Source: a virus
Taxonomy: Duplodnaviria > Caudoviricetes
DNA: 28,453 nt
Reading direction: 5' to 3' (one strand)
Virus record (IMG/VR): IMGVR_UViG_3300044724_001100
Coordinates: 1-28,453 of that record
The translations under genes were made by a program, and so were the position numbers. Numbering within the stretch: the stretch's first letter is position 1; each line of letters begins with the position of its first letter. Shown piece after piece: positions 8,056 to 16,289 of the stretch. Under the pieces are notes generated by a model that made no database searches, was not told the DNA's origin, and saw only the letters and a program-made list of their open reading frames with translations.

Positions 8056-9030
8056 TTACAGTCCATTTAAGTTAATACCATTTAAAACAATATCTTCTAT
8101 TATTTTATCAATTTCAGGTTGGCTTAAAGGTTTTATTTCTTTTGGAACTTGTGAATAAGGTATACCCCACAATATCTCTTTATTTTGTAAATCAGCTACA
8201 TAACGTAATGATGTATCACCAGTGTGTAAATTTTGTTGATCTTCGTCAGTAAATCTATTAATTTTTGTACGTTTTAAATTAATTAATGAAGATTCTACAT
8301 TTAATGTAATATTAGAAGTATCACCATTTTGTGTAACATTCATTGTGTCCATTAAACCAGTAAAAATCTCATACGGAGCAACTGTTAATTGACCATTAAC
8401 TAAACATCCAAAGTAAATAGTACAATTTCTGTTTTGATACGTTTCATACAAAGCACTTGTCATTAAATTAGAAGGAATACCACTTAAAGATAAAGTTATT
8501 CCTTTAGCTTCAATTTGATTGGACTCTCCTATTGATGATATGCCACCTAATTCGCCTGAACCTAAATAAGTATCAGAACCAATTGTTATATTACCATATC
8601 CAGTCCATAATCTAACTGCTGGATCAACAACTCTAATTCTTGCACCCATTCCACTATGATTAGAACATTTATACCACACTTCATCAGGAGCATTAGCTGC
8701 TACCACCCATGTAGTTTTTCCATCAGTACCAGCTGTTCCTGATACTGTTACACCTGATACTTGTGTACTACCATCTTCAGTAGTAACTAAAAGTAATGGA
8801 TGACCAGTATTAGAGTTATCAGATTGATCAAATATAACAGTATTTCCCCTAGCTACTGTAAAATCATATTGTTGTAATCCATCTACCTGAAATTTATTTC
8901 CATTACCAGTTGCCATGACTTTTGTATAAAAAGTTCTTGTTACAATTCCTGAAAAGTCACAATCAACAGCATAAAATGGCTCTACTACATCACCAGCAAT
9001 CTGAGATGAAAAGTTAATATTTCTAGACAT
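8056..9030 (-). CDS. Minor tail/hub protein (gpL-position) with inserted cupredoxin-like domain
   Basis: PFYAVD..F / VRLWTGYG..TYLG, ITLSLSGIP, FTGLMD, RFTDEDQ. Insert at about aa 29-137 contains GHP...YKCSNHSGMG. Confidence 0.8.
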   Translation of the reverse strand: MSRNINFSSQIAGDVVEPFYAVDCDFSGIVTRTFYTKVMATGNGNKFQVDGLQQYDFTVARGNTVIFDQSDNSNTGHPLLLVTTEDGSTQVSGVTVSGTAGTDGKTTWVVAANAPDEVWYKCSNHSGMGARIRVVDPAVRLWTGYGNITIGSDTYLGSGELGGISSIGESNQIEAKGITLSLSGIPSNLMTSALYETYQNRNCTIYFGCLVNGQLTVAPYEIFTGLMDTMNVTQNGDTSNITLNVESSLINLKRTKINRFTDEDQQNLHTGDTSLRYVADLQNKEILWGIPYSQVPKEIKPLSQPEIDKIIEDIVLNGINLNGL

Positions 9031-9193
9031 AGAGATGCTTCCTCATTTCTTCTATTTTCATTTGTTTTTTTCTTTTCTTACGTTGTGATTTATGACCTTG
9101 AATAAACAACTCAGGATATAATTCTTTCATCCATAATACTTGACCTTTCATTCCTCTATGACTCCTTTTACCATGTGGATTTTTGTCTTTCAT
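9023..9193 (-). CDS. Small Lys/Arg-rich protein (56 aa)
   Basis: GGAG RBS then ATG 9193 (MKDKNPHGKRSHRG...KSQRKKRKKQ); stop overlaps the next gene start. Confidence 0.6.
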   Translation of the reverse strand: MKDKNPHGKRSHRGMKGQVLWMKELYPELFIQGHKSQRKKRKKQMKIEEMRKHLYV

Positions 9194-9204
9194 TATTTTC
9201 TCCA

Positions 9205-9233
9205 TAAAAAAAGGAGAGTTAAAAAACTCTCCT
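9205..9233 (-). terminator. Rho-independent terminator of the moron, inside the tail operon
   Basis: Minus strand AGGAGAGTT-TTTT-AACTCTCCT 9-bp stem, immediately followed by a U-tract. Confidence 0.8.
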
Positions 9234-9260
9234 CTTAATTTTATATTTTAATTATTTTAA

Positions 9261-9506
9261 TTAAACTTTGATGCCCTTTCCTAAAAATTCAATAAAATCT
9301 TCAATTTTTCCATTTTTAAAATCAATTATTGTTAAAGTTTTTTTAATTTTTTCTTGATTTTGTTTTGAAGTATTTTTTATATAATTAACAACAACTGCGT
9401 AAGTCATTAAATTAAAACCATTTTCATTTTCAAATTCAAAAGCTGTTTCTGTATCAATTCCTTTTTCTTCAATTAAAGTATCTATATAAGTGTTAAAAGT
9501 TGTCAT
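9261..9506 (-). CDS. Moron-encoded hypothetical protein (81 aa)
   Basis: AGGAG RBS before ATG 9506 (MTTFNTYIDTLIEEKGID...IDFKNG); has its own promoter and terminator. Confidence 0.8.
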   Translation of the reverse strand: MTTFNTYIDTLIEEKGIDTETAFEFENENGFNLMTYAVVVNYIKNTSKQNQEKIKKTLTIIDFKNGKIEDFIEFLGKGIKV

Positions 9507-9524
9507 TGTTTTCTCCTGTTTATG

Positions 9525-9590
9525 ATTATAAATTACCATATTGACAGGATATGTCAACAATAAAAAACACTTTTTTTAATTTTTTTTTAT
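9525..9590 (-). promoter_or_regulatory. Sigma70-like promoter with UP element and palindromic operator
   Basis: A/T tracts, TTGACA (9557-9552), TGnTAATTT 16 nt downstream and TATAAT further on. Dyad TTGACA-N5-TGTCAA at 9541-9557. Confidence 0.65.
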
Positions 9591-10220
9591 TTACGTTATA
9601 GACTCAATAGCTGTAAACCCTAAACCATAAAGAGACGCTTGATTTACATTAAAATTTGTTTCATTACTCGCAAGTCTAAATATACCAGTAGCATTAGTTG
9701 TTGTTATAGCTTCTGAGCCTGTTAGGTTCGTTCTAAGAGCTGGATATATATCTAATACCACATTACCACTAGAATCTGTATTTGCGTTTGTAAGCACCTT
9801 TAAAAGCTGTCTACTACTACCAGTTAAAATACTAATAAAATCACCTGCCTTTAGCCAATTTGTCGTTGAGGTAGTTGCACCTGTTACTGATAAAGATTGA
9901 GAATTAGCCGAATGAGAACCATTGACTGTAGGACTACCACCACCATTGCCTTGAGGACTTAAACTATCAGGATTAGGTTGCATATAAAACGTACCTTGCA
10001 TACCACGTAAAGAAGTTAACCATGCTATCCATGTTTCAGCGTTTTCACGTTTTAATGGAATAAGTCTAACATCAGCTTCCCAAGTTTCTCCACTCCATTT
10101 ATAAATTTGTTGTTGATAAGTAAAAGGAGAAATATTGATGCCATTGGTTGATCTTGCTGTTAAGGTTACGGATTGAAAAGATGTTGTATCAGGTAATGTT
10201 AAAGGATAAGTAATAGCCAT
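9591..10220 (-). CDS. Distal tail protein (gpM/Dit position)
   Basis: MAITYPLTLP, SPFTYQQQ, W.AWLTSLRG, LKAGDFI, GIFRL motifs; directly downstream of the tape measure gene. Confidence 0.8.
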   Translation of the reverse strand: MAITYPLTLPDTTSFQSVTLTARSTNGINISPFTYQQQIYKWSGETWEADVRLIPLKRENAETWIAWLTSLRGMQGTFYMQPNPDSLSPQGNGGGSPTVNGSHSANSQSLSVTGATTSTTNWLKAGDFISILTGSSRQLLKVLTNANTDSSGNVVLDIYPALRTNLTGSEAITTTNATGIFRLASNETNFNVNQASLYGLGFTAIESIT

Positions 10221-10221
10221 T

Positions 10222-11847
10222 TTATCTCCTTAAAGCTGCATCTTGTACAGCACCTTTTGATACTTGTGCTATAGCTGGTAATAATTGCAATACTTCACTT
10301 CGTACACTTGCTTGAATACCAGTAGCAAAATTAATATTTTGTTCAATGGTAATACCACCACCTGATCCTAATTTATTATTAGGAATAATAGCACCGTTTG
10401 TTGATGGTACAAATAACTCAGGTTGTCCATTTTCTCCAACCATGTAAGGTCTACCACCAACCACATTTCTACCTACTACACCACCTGCCGGCTTAGTAGC
10501 TCCACCAAACATATCACCAAACATACCACCAAAGACATTAGTAAATGGTGCAACTATTGACTTCATAACAAAAATTCTAACAATTTGAGCTAAAATAATT
10601 TTTCCCAAATCTTTAAAGGCATCACCTGCCTTTTTAGTTCCCATTATTATATCTTCAAATGCAGTTCCTAATGATGTAGATATGGTAACACCTAACGCAT
10701 CAAATTGAGTTTGAACATCAGCAGCTTTTAAATTTAATAAACTTAACGCATTTAAGTTATCTCTCCAAGTATCAGGTAATTCATCAAGTGATGTTTGATC
10801 AACAGGACTATTTAAATCTGTTAAATTTGCTTTAGCTTGTTTATTTTTAGCTTCAATTTCAAATAATTTACTATTTATTTTTACTCCAAGATTATCTAAA
10901 TCTGCTAACAATTTTGCATTATTTTTTCTAAACTCTTTACTATCAAAAAAGACATCACCACCAAAAAACTTACCTTCTCTATTTATTGCTAATGCTATTG
11001 ATTGAAATGTTTGTATAAAAGATTTACTAAATTCAATTAAATTAAAAACACCATCTCTTAATAATTGATAAAATGCTTCAAAAAACATTTCTAACTTACC
11101 ATCTTTTAAAAACTTTTTCATAAAATCAGTTAATTTGTCTGTTACTAATTGCATAGCAGGTGCAAATTCAGCAGTTATATTGTTAGCAACTCCTTTTAAA
11201 GTAAATTTAAACTCAGATAAACTATCATTAAAATCTTCAACACCTTTTGCAGAAGCATTAGATAAAGCTATTCCTAAGTCTAATGCTTCTTCTTGCATTT
11301 TTGTTAGTCCTTCAGCACCAAGATCAAGCATATTAACCATAACTTGACCAGCTCTACCAAATAACTGACTTGCTACACCTAATTTTTCTGATTGTGTGCT
11401 TAATTGAGAAAATCTTTCTGAAATTAATTTTATCTGTTCATCAAATGATAATTTTTCTAATTCTCTAGCTTCTAATCTTAATTTTTGTAATGCCCTTAAT
11501 GGAGTTGATAGTCCCTGACCAGCTTCAAAAATATTTTTAGCCAATTTTTGAAATGCACTTTGTACTGTTTCAACACTTTCACCAGCTAAAACAGAAGCTA
11601 ATTCAAATCCTGCTAGTTGTTGAGTAGTTAAACCTAATCTATCTGCTAATTTTTTATTAGCATCAATAGTTTTTAAACTACTTCTAATCATTAAGCCAAA
11701 ACCAGCAACACCAGCAACACCCACTAAGGCAGTTTTCATGCTAAAAATAGATTTAGTTAGACCTTTTAAGCTACGTCCAACACTACTAAACATAGCTTTA
11801 GTTTTATCTTTACCGGTAATTGGAATTTGTACTGGTACTCTTGTCAT
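10222..11847 (-). CDS. Tail tape measure protein
   Basis: Helical Ala/Leu-rich sequence, LFGRAG, C-terminal GRPYMVGENGQPELFVP; follows the G/GT chaperones. Confidence 0.9.
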   Translation of the reverse strand: MTRVPVQIPITGKDKTKAMFSSVGRSLKGLTKSIFSMKTALVGVAGVAGFGLMIRSSLKTIDANKKLADRLGLTTQQLAGFELASVLAGESVETVQSAFQKLAKNIFEAGQGLSTPLRALQKLRLEARELEKLSFDEQIKLISERFSQLSTQSEKLGVASQLFGRAGQVMVNMLDLGAEGLTKMQEEALDLGIALSNASAKGVEDFNDSLSEFKFTLKGVANNITAEFAPAMQLVTDKLTDFMKKFLKDGKLEMFFEAFYQLLRDGVFNLIEFSKSFIQTFQSIALAINREGKFFGGDVFFDSKEFRKNNAKLLADLDNLGVKINSKLFEIEAKNKQAKANLTDLNSPVDQTSLDELPDTWRDNLNALSLLNLKAADVQTQFDALGVTISTSLGTAFEDIIMGTKKAGDAFKDLGKIILAQIVRIFVMKSIVAPFTNVFGGMFGDMFGGATKPAGGVVGRNVVGGRPYMVGENGQPELFVPSTNGAIIPNNKLGSGGGITIEQNINFATGIQASVRSEVLQLLPAIAQVSKGAVQDAALRR

Positions 11848-12367
11848 TTCTTCATCCTTTTAGATTCTAATGAATAAAAAGCTATCCATTGGTAGAATTC
11901 TTCTAAAGTCATATCTTTAATGGTTTGCAATGGTAATTGTAAGCGATCCGCAATCTGAAATTGTGCCATCAGTTGAGAATCGCTTATTATTTTTTTTCTG
12001 CTGCTTCCAAGCTAATATCTTCAGCAAATAATTTTTGTAACATTTGTGAGGAAATGTTGGTAACAAAGTTAATATCCATTCCTAAGAACGCTTGTCTATC
12101 ACCTTCATCAAATATTTTTTTGCCTTCACTATCTTTAGCTTTTAGCATAATTAAGTCTAAGAGAGATGCAAAAGATGGAACATCACCATTCATAATTCTA
12201 TTGTAAAAATCAGGATGTTGTTTTCTTATTCTTTCATCTTCTCTAACAGTCATCTTAGTGAAATAAATGTGTAATGGTTCACCATCTACACCTAACTCAG
12301 CAACTTCAATACAGAATTTATCTTGATCTTGTTGCAACGCTTTCATGCGATCACTAATTGATGACAT
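11844..12367 (-). CDS. Tail assembly chaperone GT (-1 frameshift product, about 174 aa)
   Basis: A-AAA-AAA at 11996-11990 before TAA. The -1 frame reads IISDSQLMAQFQIADRLQLPLQTIKDMTLEEFYQWIAFYSLESKRMKK*, and its TGA overlaps the tape measure ATG. Confidence 0.85.
11987..12367 (-). CDS. Tail assembly chaperone G
   Basis: Lies between the major tail and tape measure genes; ends EAAEKK on a slippery A-run. Confidence 0.85.
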   Translation of the reverse strand: MSSISDRMKALQQDQDKFCIEVAELGVDGEPLHIYFTKMTVREDERIRKQHPDFYNRIMNGDVPSFASLLDLIMLKAKDSEGKKIFDEGDRQAFLGMDINFVTNISSQMLQKLFAEDISLEAAEKK

Positions 12368-12369
12368 TA

Positions 12370-12777
12370 TTAACTAGCTGTAGCTTCTGTTAGTGTACCA
12401 GTACCAGTGATGCTGACGGATGCTGTAAATACTCCGTTGGCTTCACCATTCCAGCTAATTCCTGAAATTAAACCATTTCCAGTTAAATATTTATCTACTC
12501 CTGCTGCTGTACCTTCATAATAAAATGATACGGCAACTGGTGCTGAATTACCAACTGCGGCAGCTAAAATTGCTGCTGTTGCTGTATCTGTAGAATCATA
12601 AAAAATTTCAAGACTAGCGGTAAAACTGTCAAGAGTGTTAACAAAAGTTTTTGAAGTTGTGCCTATTGCACTAGTTTCGGCATTGTCTACGGTTTTATCT
12701 ATAGAAAATGCACTACATTGAGTAAGTGTGTCTGAGCCAATTTTAATAACTGCATCAGAACCGGTTGCGTATGCCAT
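12370..12777 (-). CDS. Major tail tube protein
   Basis: G.DAVIKIG, FSID...AETSAIG..SKTF...FTAS.E.FYD, C-terminal SITGTGTL. Confidence 0.85.
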   Translation of the reverse strand: MAYATGSDAVIKIGSDTLTQCSAFSIDKTVDNAETSAIGTTSKTFVNTLDSFTASLEIFYDSTDTATAAILAAAVGNSAPVAVSFYYEGTAAGVDKYLTGNGLISGISWNGEANGVFTASVSITGTGTLTEATAS

Positions 12778-12788
12778 TTAAATCTCCT

Positions 12789-13232
12789 TTATAATGGTGT
12801 TGATGAATCCGTTACAGTATTCATGTAACGAACATTGTACGTGAGTTTACAGATGCCTAATGGCTTTTCACCCTCACTTGTGAAATCAATATCCGTACTG
12901 GATAAAAATTGTGTTATACATAAGTTGTTTAAAGTTAAATCAGTTCCTAAACTGTTCTCAACTTCACCAGCTATTGTATCTAATGTGTTTTCAATATTTT
13001 GATTAGCTTCCGCATAACACTCAATTATAACTTCTAGTTCTCTATCAAGAGTTACATTAGGTGCTATTGTAGAAATTTCAGATGTTTCATTTTGTGTATA
13101 GACTGCTAGAGCAGGTAATTCACCTTGTAGGATATTGTATAGCTTACTATCGTAAACATTTGCTCCAGTAGTCGTTAAACCAGTTACATCAGCTATTATT
13201 CTGTCTCTTATTTGTTGTCTAATATGTGCCAT
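12789..13232 (-). CDS. Tail terminator protein (gpU-like)
   Basis: HIRQQIRD, LPALAVYT..E, LDTIAGEVE; precedes the tail tube gene. Confidence 0.75.
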   Translation of the reverse strand: MAHIRQQIRDRIIADVTGLTTTGANVYDSKLYNILQGELPALAVYTQNETSEISTIAPNVTLDRELEVIIECYAEANQNIENTLDTIAGEVENSLGTDLTLNNLCITQFLSSTDIDFTSEGEKPLGICKLTYNVRYMNTVTDSSTPL

Positions 13233-13555
13233 TATTGTTTTTGTAAATGTATCATAGTTACATTCGTTCCATCACGTTCAATAATTTTTACTTTATATGT
13301 TACGTCTACATTGTTTATTGGAATAATTAAAAAATCGTTTTCTTTTCCGTTTTCAGGAATACTTGATGTTTTTAATGTAAAAGTAGGTTGGCTTGTAGAT
13401 ACTGGTGCATTTAATTCATCAAAACCAGTAAAGAATTGATTATCAAATATACCAGTAACTACATATTTATCATTATTTGACGCATATCTCCATGTAGCAC
13501 TTACTGCAAAATCATTGAGATTAAAAAACGCATCATTAGCTAGATTGAGATTCAT
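13232..13555 (-). CDS. Head-tail joining protein (gpFII-like)
   Basis: FFNLNDFAV, VTGIFDN, QPTF, DGT motifs; position in the operon. Confidence 0.75.
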   Translation of the reverse strand: MNLNLANDAFFNLNDFAVSATWRYASNNDKYVVTGIFDNQFFTGFDELNAPVSTSQPTFTLKTSSIPENGKENDFLIIPINNVDVTYKVKIIERDGTNVTMIHLQKQ

Positions 13556-13724
13556 TTTCTTCTACTTTTTCTTGAGGTTTAACTTCAGATTGACCTAAAT
13601 CTAATGTAGCTACATTATGATTAACTAATTTATCGGCATAAACACCACCAACATCCACAATATCGCCTTTTTTATAAGAAACGCCTAATATTTCAGTTTT
13701 TATTAGTAATTTAATTTTAGCCAC
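13536..13724 (-). CDS. Small capsid-downstream protein, copy 2
   Basis: GTG start; KIKLL...KKGDIVDV...LV.. VATL, similar to the upstream ORF. Confidence 0.65.
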   Translation of the reverse strand: MAKIKLLIKTEILGVSYKKGDIVDVGGVYADKLVNHNVATLDLGQSEVKPQEKVEENESQSS

Positions 13725-13983
13725 GATTTTTTACCTCTTTAGTAGTAGAAGATTTTAAACCGTCACTTCTATCAGTTTTTTTTTCTTTCTTAGTAGATGA
13801 TAATGTTGCTACACCAGTATTAACAAGAAAATTTCCATCTTTTTCAGAAATTTCAATAGTATCACCGGAATTAACTACTTTTCCATCTACTCTAGTTGCT
13901 CTAAGTAATGTTATTTTCATAGTATTCATGGGAGCGGATTTCTCCGCTCCCTTCCCTTTAAATTGTTGTTGAGTTAATGCCAT
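13717..13983 (-). CDS. Small capsid-downstream protein, copy 1 (start uncertain: 13983, 13929 or 13920)
   Basis: MKITLLRATRVDGKVVNSGDTIEI...FLVNTGVATL followed by a basic tail. Confidence 0.7.
   Translation of the reverse strand: MALTQQQFKGKGAEKSAPMNTMKITLLRATRVDGKVVNSGDTIEISEKDGNFLVNTGVATLSSTKKEKKTDRSDGLKSSTTKEVKNRG
13930..13951 (-). promoter_or_regulatory. GC-rich GAAA-tetraloop hairpin after the capsid gene
   Basis: GGGAGCGGA-GAAA-TCCGCTCCC; no U-tract. Confidence 0.7.
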
Positions 13984-13985
13984 AA

Positions 13986-16289
13986 TTAAGCAGAAACACA
14001 GAATGAAACAGGATGTTTCACGCCAAAGTCAACTGAACTAAGAGCTACAAGTCTTAATCCACCTGAAGTAGCTAAAGCATACGGATCAGATTGAATTTCT
14101 AATCCTGCCCATGTTGCTACAATAAACTCTGAGAAGTCCCCAAGTATTACTGTATTAGCTGTTACTTGTGAACTAATTAAAACCTCTCTACCGTCTACAA
14201 AGCCGTCTCTTTGGGCTACCGGAGAACCTGCACCGTTAGTCGCAAGAGTTTTCATGTAACCATTAAGAGCTGGAGTTGTAATCCAATAAACAGAATTTCC
14301 GTCTAATGAAGCATTGTCTGCAAAGATAGCAGATTCCATAGCAATTAACTCAGCATAAGTAGGAGCGCCAGCTACACCAAATGCAGTTGCATTAACGCCA
14401 GCGGTAAACTCAATACCTCTAGGTGAAGCAGCTACAGCAGCAGGATTACCAGCTACAGAAGCAGCATCCCATGCAGTACCCATAGCACGTAAAAGATTAT
14501 TTCTAACCATTTGTTCTACGCTAAAGCCATCAGTATTTTGTAAAAGTGTACGAGTCATATCCGTATAGCACCCATTTGTATGCTCAGAAAGTGTAACACT
14601 ATCTAAAGTTGGATCTGAAGCTGCTACTGCAACGCCTTCTCCTACCCATGCACTAGTTTGTGTAGCTGTAGTTCTAGGAATAGATACATTACCTGTATTA
14701 TTAGCTAGAATTGTTGGATTAGCTCTTAAAACTGTTGAAAATGGTGTTAAAGCTGAAATCATATCCTGATAACGTAAATCATTATAGACAACATTTGCAC
14801 CTGAACCAGAAGTTGATAATGTTCTTTCTGACCATTTATTAGTTACATCTTCAGGTACAAAAAACCCTTTGGATTCTCTACCTAATTTTTGAGCGTATGC
14901 TTCAGCAGCTTCTAATTCAAAAGCAGCATCTTCACGTGAAATTAAACCAGCTTGTGCTTTTGCAGCTCTAACTATTGAGAATGATCTTGATTCTGTTTCA
15001 TTTAGACCAATTTCATTAGTTTCTAATGGTTTATTTTCGATTTCTTGTAATAAAGCACCTCTAAAAGCGTCTAATGATAGACCTTTAGCAACAGCTTCAT
15101 CCGCCATTGGTGTTTTATTGTGTCTTGAAGCTAGAGAGTAGATTTCTGATATATCTTTTTCTCTTTTTTGTACAGCTTCGGTAGATGCAACACGGATTTT
15201 TTCTTCAATGTTAACTTCTACTTTGTTTTCTTCTGTAGTTTTTTCCATAATAGTCTCCTTTGTTATGGTTTTGGGTTGTAAAGATAAAGAACGTCCAATG
15301 CCTACGGTTTGATCTGCACCCATTGATACAATACTTACTTCATGTGGAGTAAAAGAAGCTCTATAGGCTTCTTCTTCCTCATCATCATAGTAAGATTCAC
15401 GTTCTAGGTTGGTTATGGTATATCCAATACTAACTTGTGTACGGATTCCATCTAAGACATCATCAAATACTTCCCTAGCCATAGTAGATTTACCAAATCG
15501 TACTGTAGAGTAAAGCCGTCCCTGACTTTCATCTAGTCTAGTATTTTCTATAACACCTATTTGTTGTCGGCTATCATGATCAAGCAATAATGGTGCTTTA
15601 TTATTTAGCCTATTAAGATCAACGTCACCTGCTCTATGTGAAAGAATTTCCAATCCAAATTCACGCATAACAGGAGATTCAGAAGATACAGACATTGTTA
15701 TAGTTCTGTTTTCTACTTCGTCCCTCTTAAATTCCATAGGAAAAGCTGCTCTATGTTCTACAGTCTTTTCCTGTTTAGTTTCAATTCTAGATTCTTCTAA
15801 AACTTCACTATTTTCAATAGTTATTTCTTCTGTTTCTTCTTCTGTAACTTCTTCTGTTTCTTCTTCTTGATAAGAATCAGCTTTTAGAAATTTTACAGTA
15901 TAAGAGTCATCAGTTTCAATAACTTCCTCAATATGTCTTTTAACTTCTTTATTTTTAGTCATTGACTTCTCCTTCTTCATTTTTTCAACAAGTTTTCGTG
16001 ACCAGCTAAAGCCTGCGTCTCCACCCCATAACGCCCAAGCTATTCTGCCATTAGATGGATAACCTTCTTCACCTTGCTTAAATCCTTCAGCTTTTTTAAC
16101 ACCTTCTTGCCTACTAAAAAAACTAAACATTCTTTTAACTGTATCATCAGATAGATTTTCACCAGCAATAATTTGTCTAGCCCTAACAGCACCAACTCTA
16201 GTACCACCTCTACCAAATTCTTCACGCCAAGCAATGCCCTTACGAGCTTCATCTTTCATGCCTGCGTTTGGATAATTACTAACTGGCAT
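13986..16289 (-). CDS. Polyprotein: unknown N-terminal domain + HK97-type prohead protease + major capsid protein
   Basis: PLLLDHD and HEVSIVSMGAD protease motifs; HK97-fold C-terminus (WVGEG, ILGDFS, DPY, DFGVKHPVSF). Likely start MPVSNY at 16289, overlapping the portal stop. Internal AAGGAG-N6-ATG at 15962 and 15248. Confidence 0.9.
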   Translation of the reverse strand: MPVSNYPNAGMKDEARKGIAWREEFGRGGTRVGAVRARQIIAGENLSDDTVKRMFSFFSRQEGVKKAEGFKQGEEGYPSNGRIAWALWGGDAGFSWSRKLVEKMKKEKSMTKNKEVKRHIEEVIETDDSYTVKFLKADSYQEEETEEVTEEETEEITIENSEVLEESRIETKQEKTVEHRAAFPMEFKRDEVENRTITMSVSSESPVMREFGLEILSHRAGDVDLNRLNNKAPLLLDHDSRQQIGVIENTRLDESQGRLYSTVRFGKSTMAREVFDDVLDGIRTQVSIGYTITNLERESYYDDEEEEAYRASFTPHEVSIVSMGADQTVGIGRSLSLQPKTITKETIMEKTTEENKVEVNIEEKIRVASTEAVQKREKDISEIYSLASRHNKTPMADEAVAKGLSLDAFRGALLQEIENKPLETNEIGLNETESRSFSIVRAAKAQAGLISREDAAFELEAAEAYAQKLGRESKGFFVPEDVTNKWSERTLSTSGSGANVVYNDLRYQDMISALTPFSTVLRANPTILANNTGNVSIPRTTATQTSAWVGEGVAVAASDPTLDSVTLSEHTNGCYTDMTRTLLQNTDGFSVEQMVRNNLLRAMGTAWDAASVAGNPAAVAASPRGIEFTAGVNATAFGVAGAPTYAELIAMESAIFADNASLDGNSVYWITTPALNGYMKTLATNGAGSPVAQRDGFVDGREVLISSQVTANTVILGDFSEFIVATWAGLEIQSDPYALATSGGLRLVALSSVDFGVKHPVSFCVSA

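Noticed and set aside
9507-9560. 99-aa version of the moron ORF from a TTG start
   Set aside because: That stretch is the promoter and RBS; ATG 9506 has AGGAG at normal spacing.
11135-11347. Plus-strand 70-aa ORF
   Set aside because: Antisense shadow of the tape measure gene; no RBS or recognisable motif.
11961-12206. Plus-strand 81-aa ORF
   Set aside because: Antisense shadow of tail chaperone G.
13212-13439. Plus-strand 75-aa ORF
   Set aside because: Antisense to the head-tail joining gene; no support.
15825-15870. Short GAAGAA-rich quasi-repeats
   Set aside because: Encode the Glu/Thr-rich linker of the capsid polyprotein; low complexity, not a CRISPR array or iteron.
16040-16252. Alternate-frame 70-aa Leu/Val/Lys-rich ORF
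   Set aside because: Typical off-frame by-product of AT-rich codon bias inside a well-supported gene.
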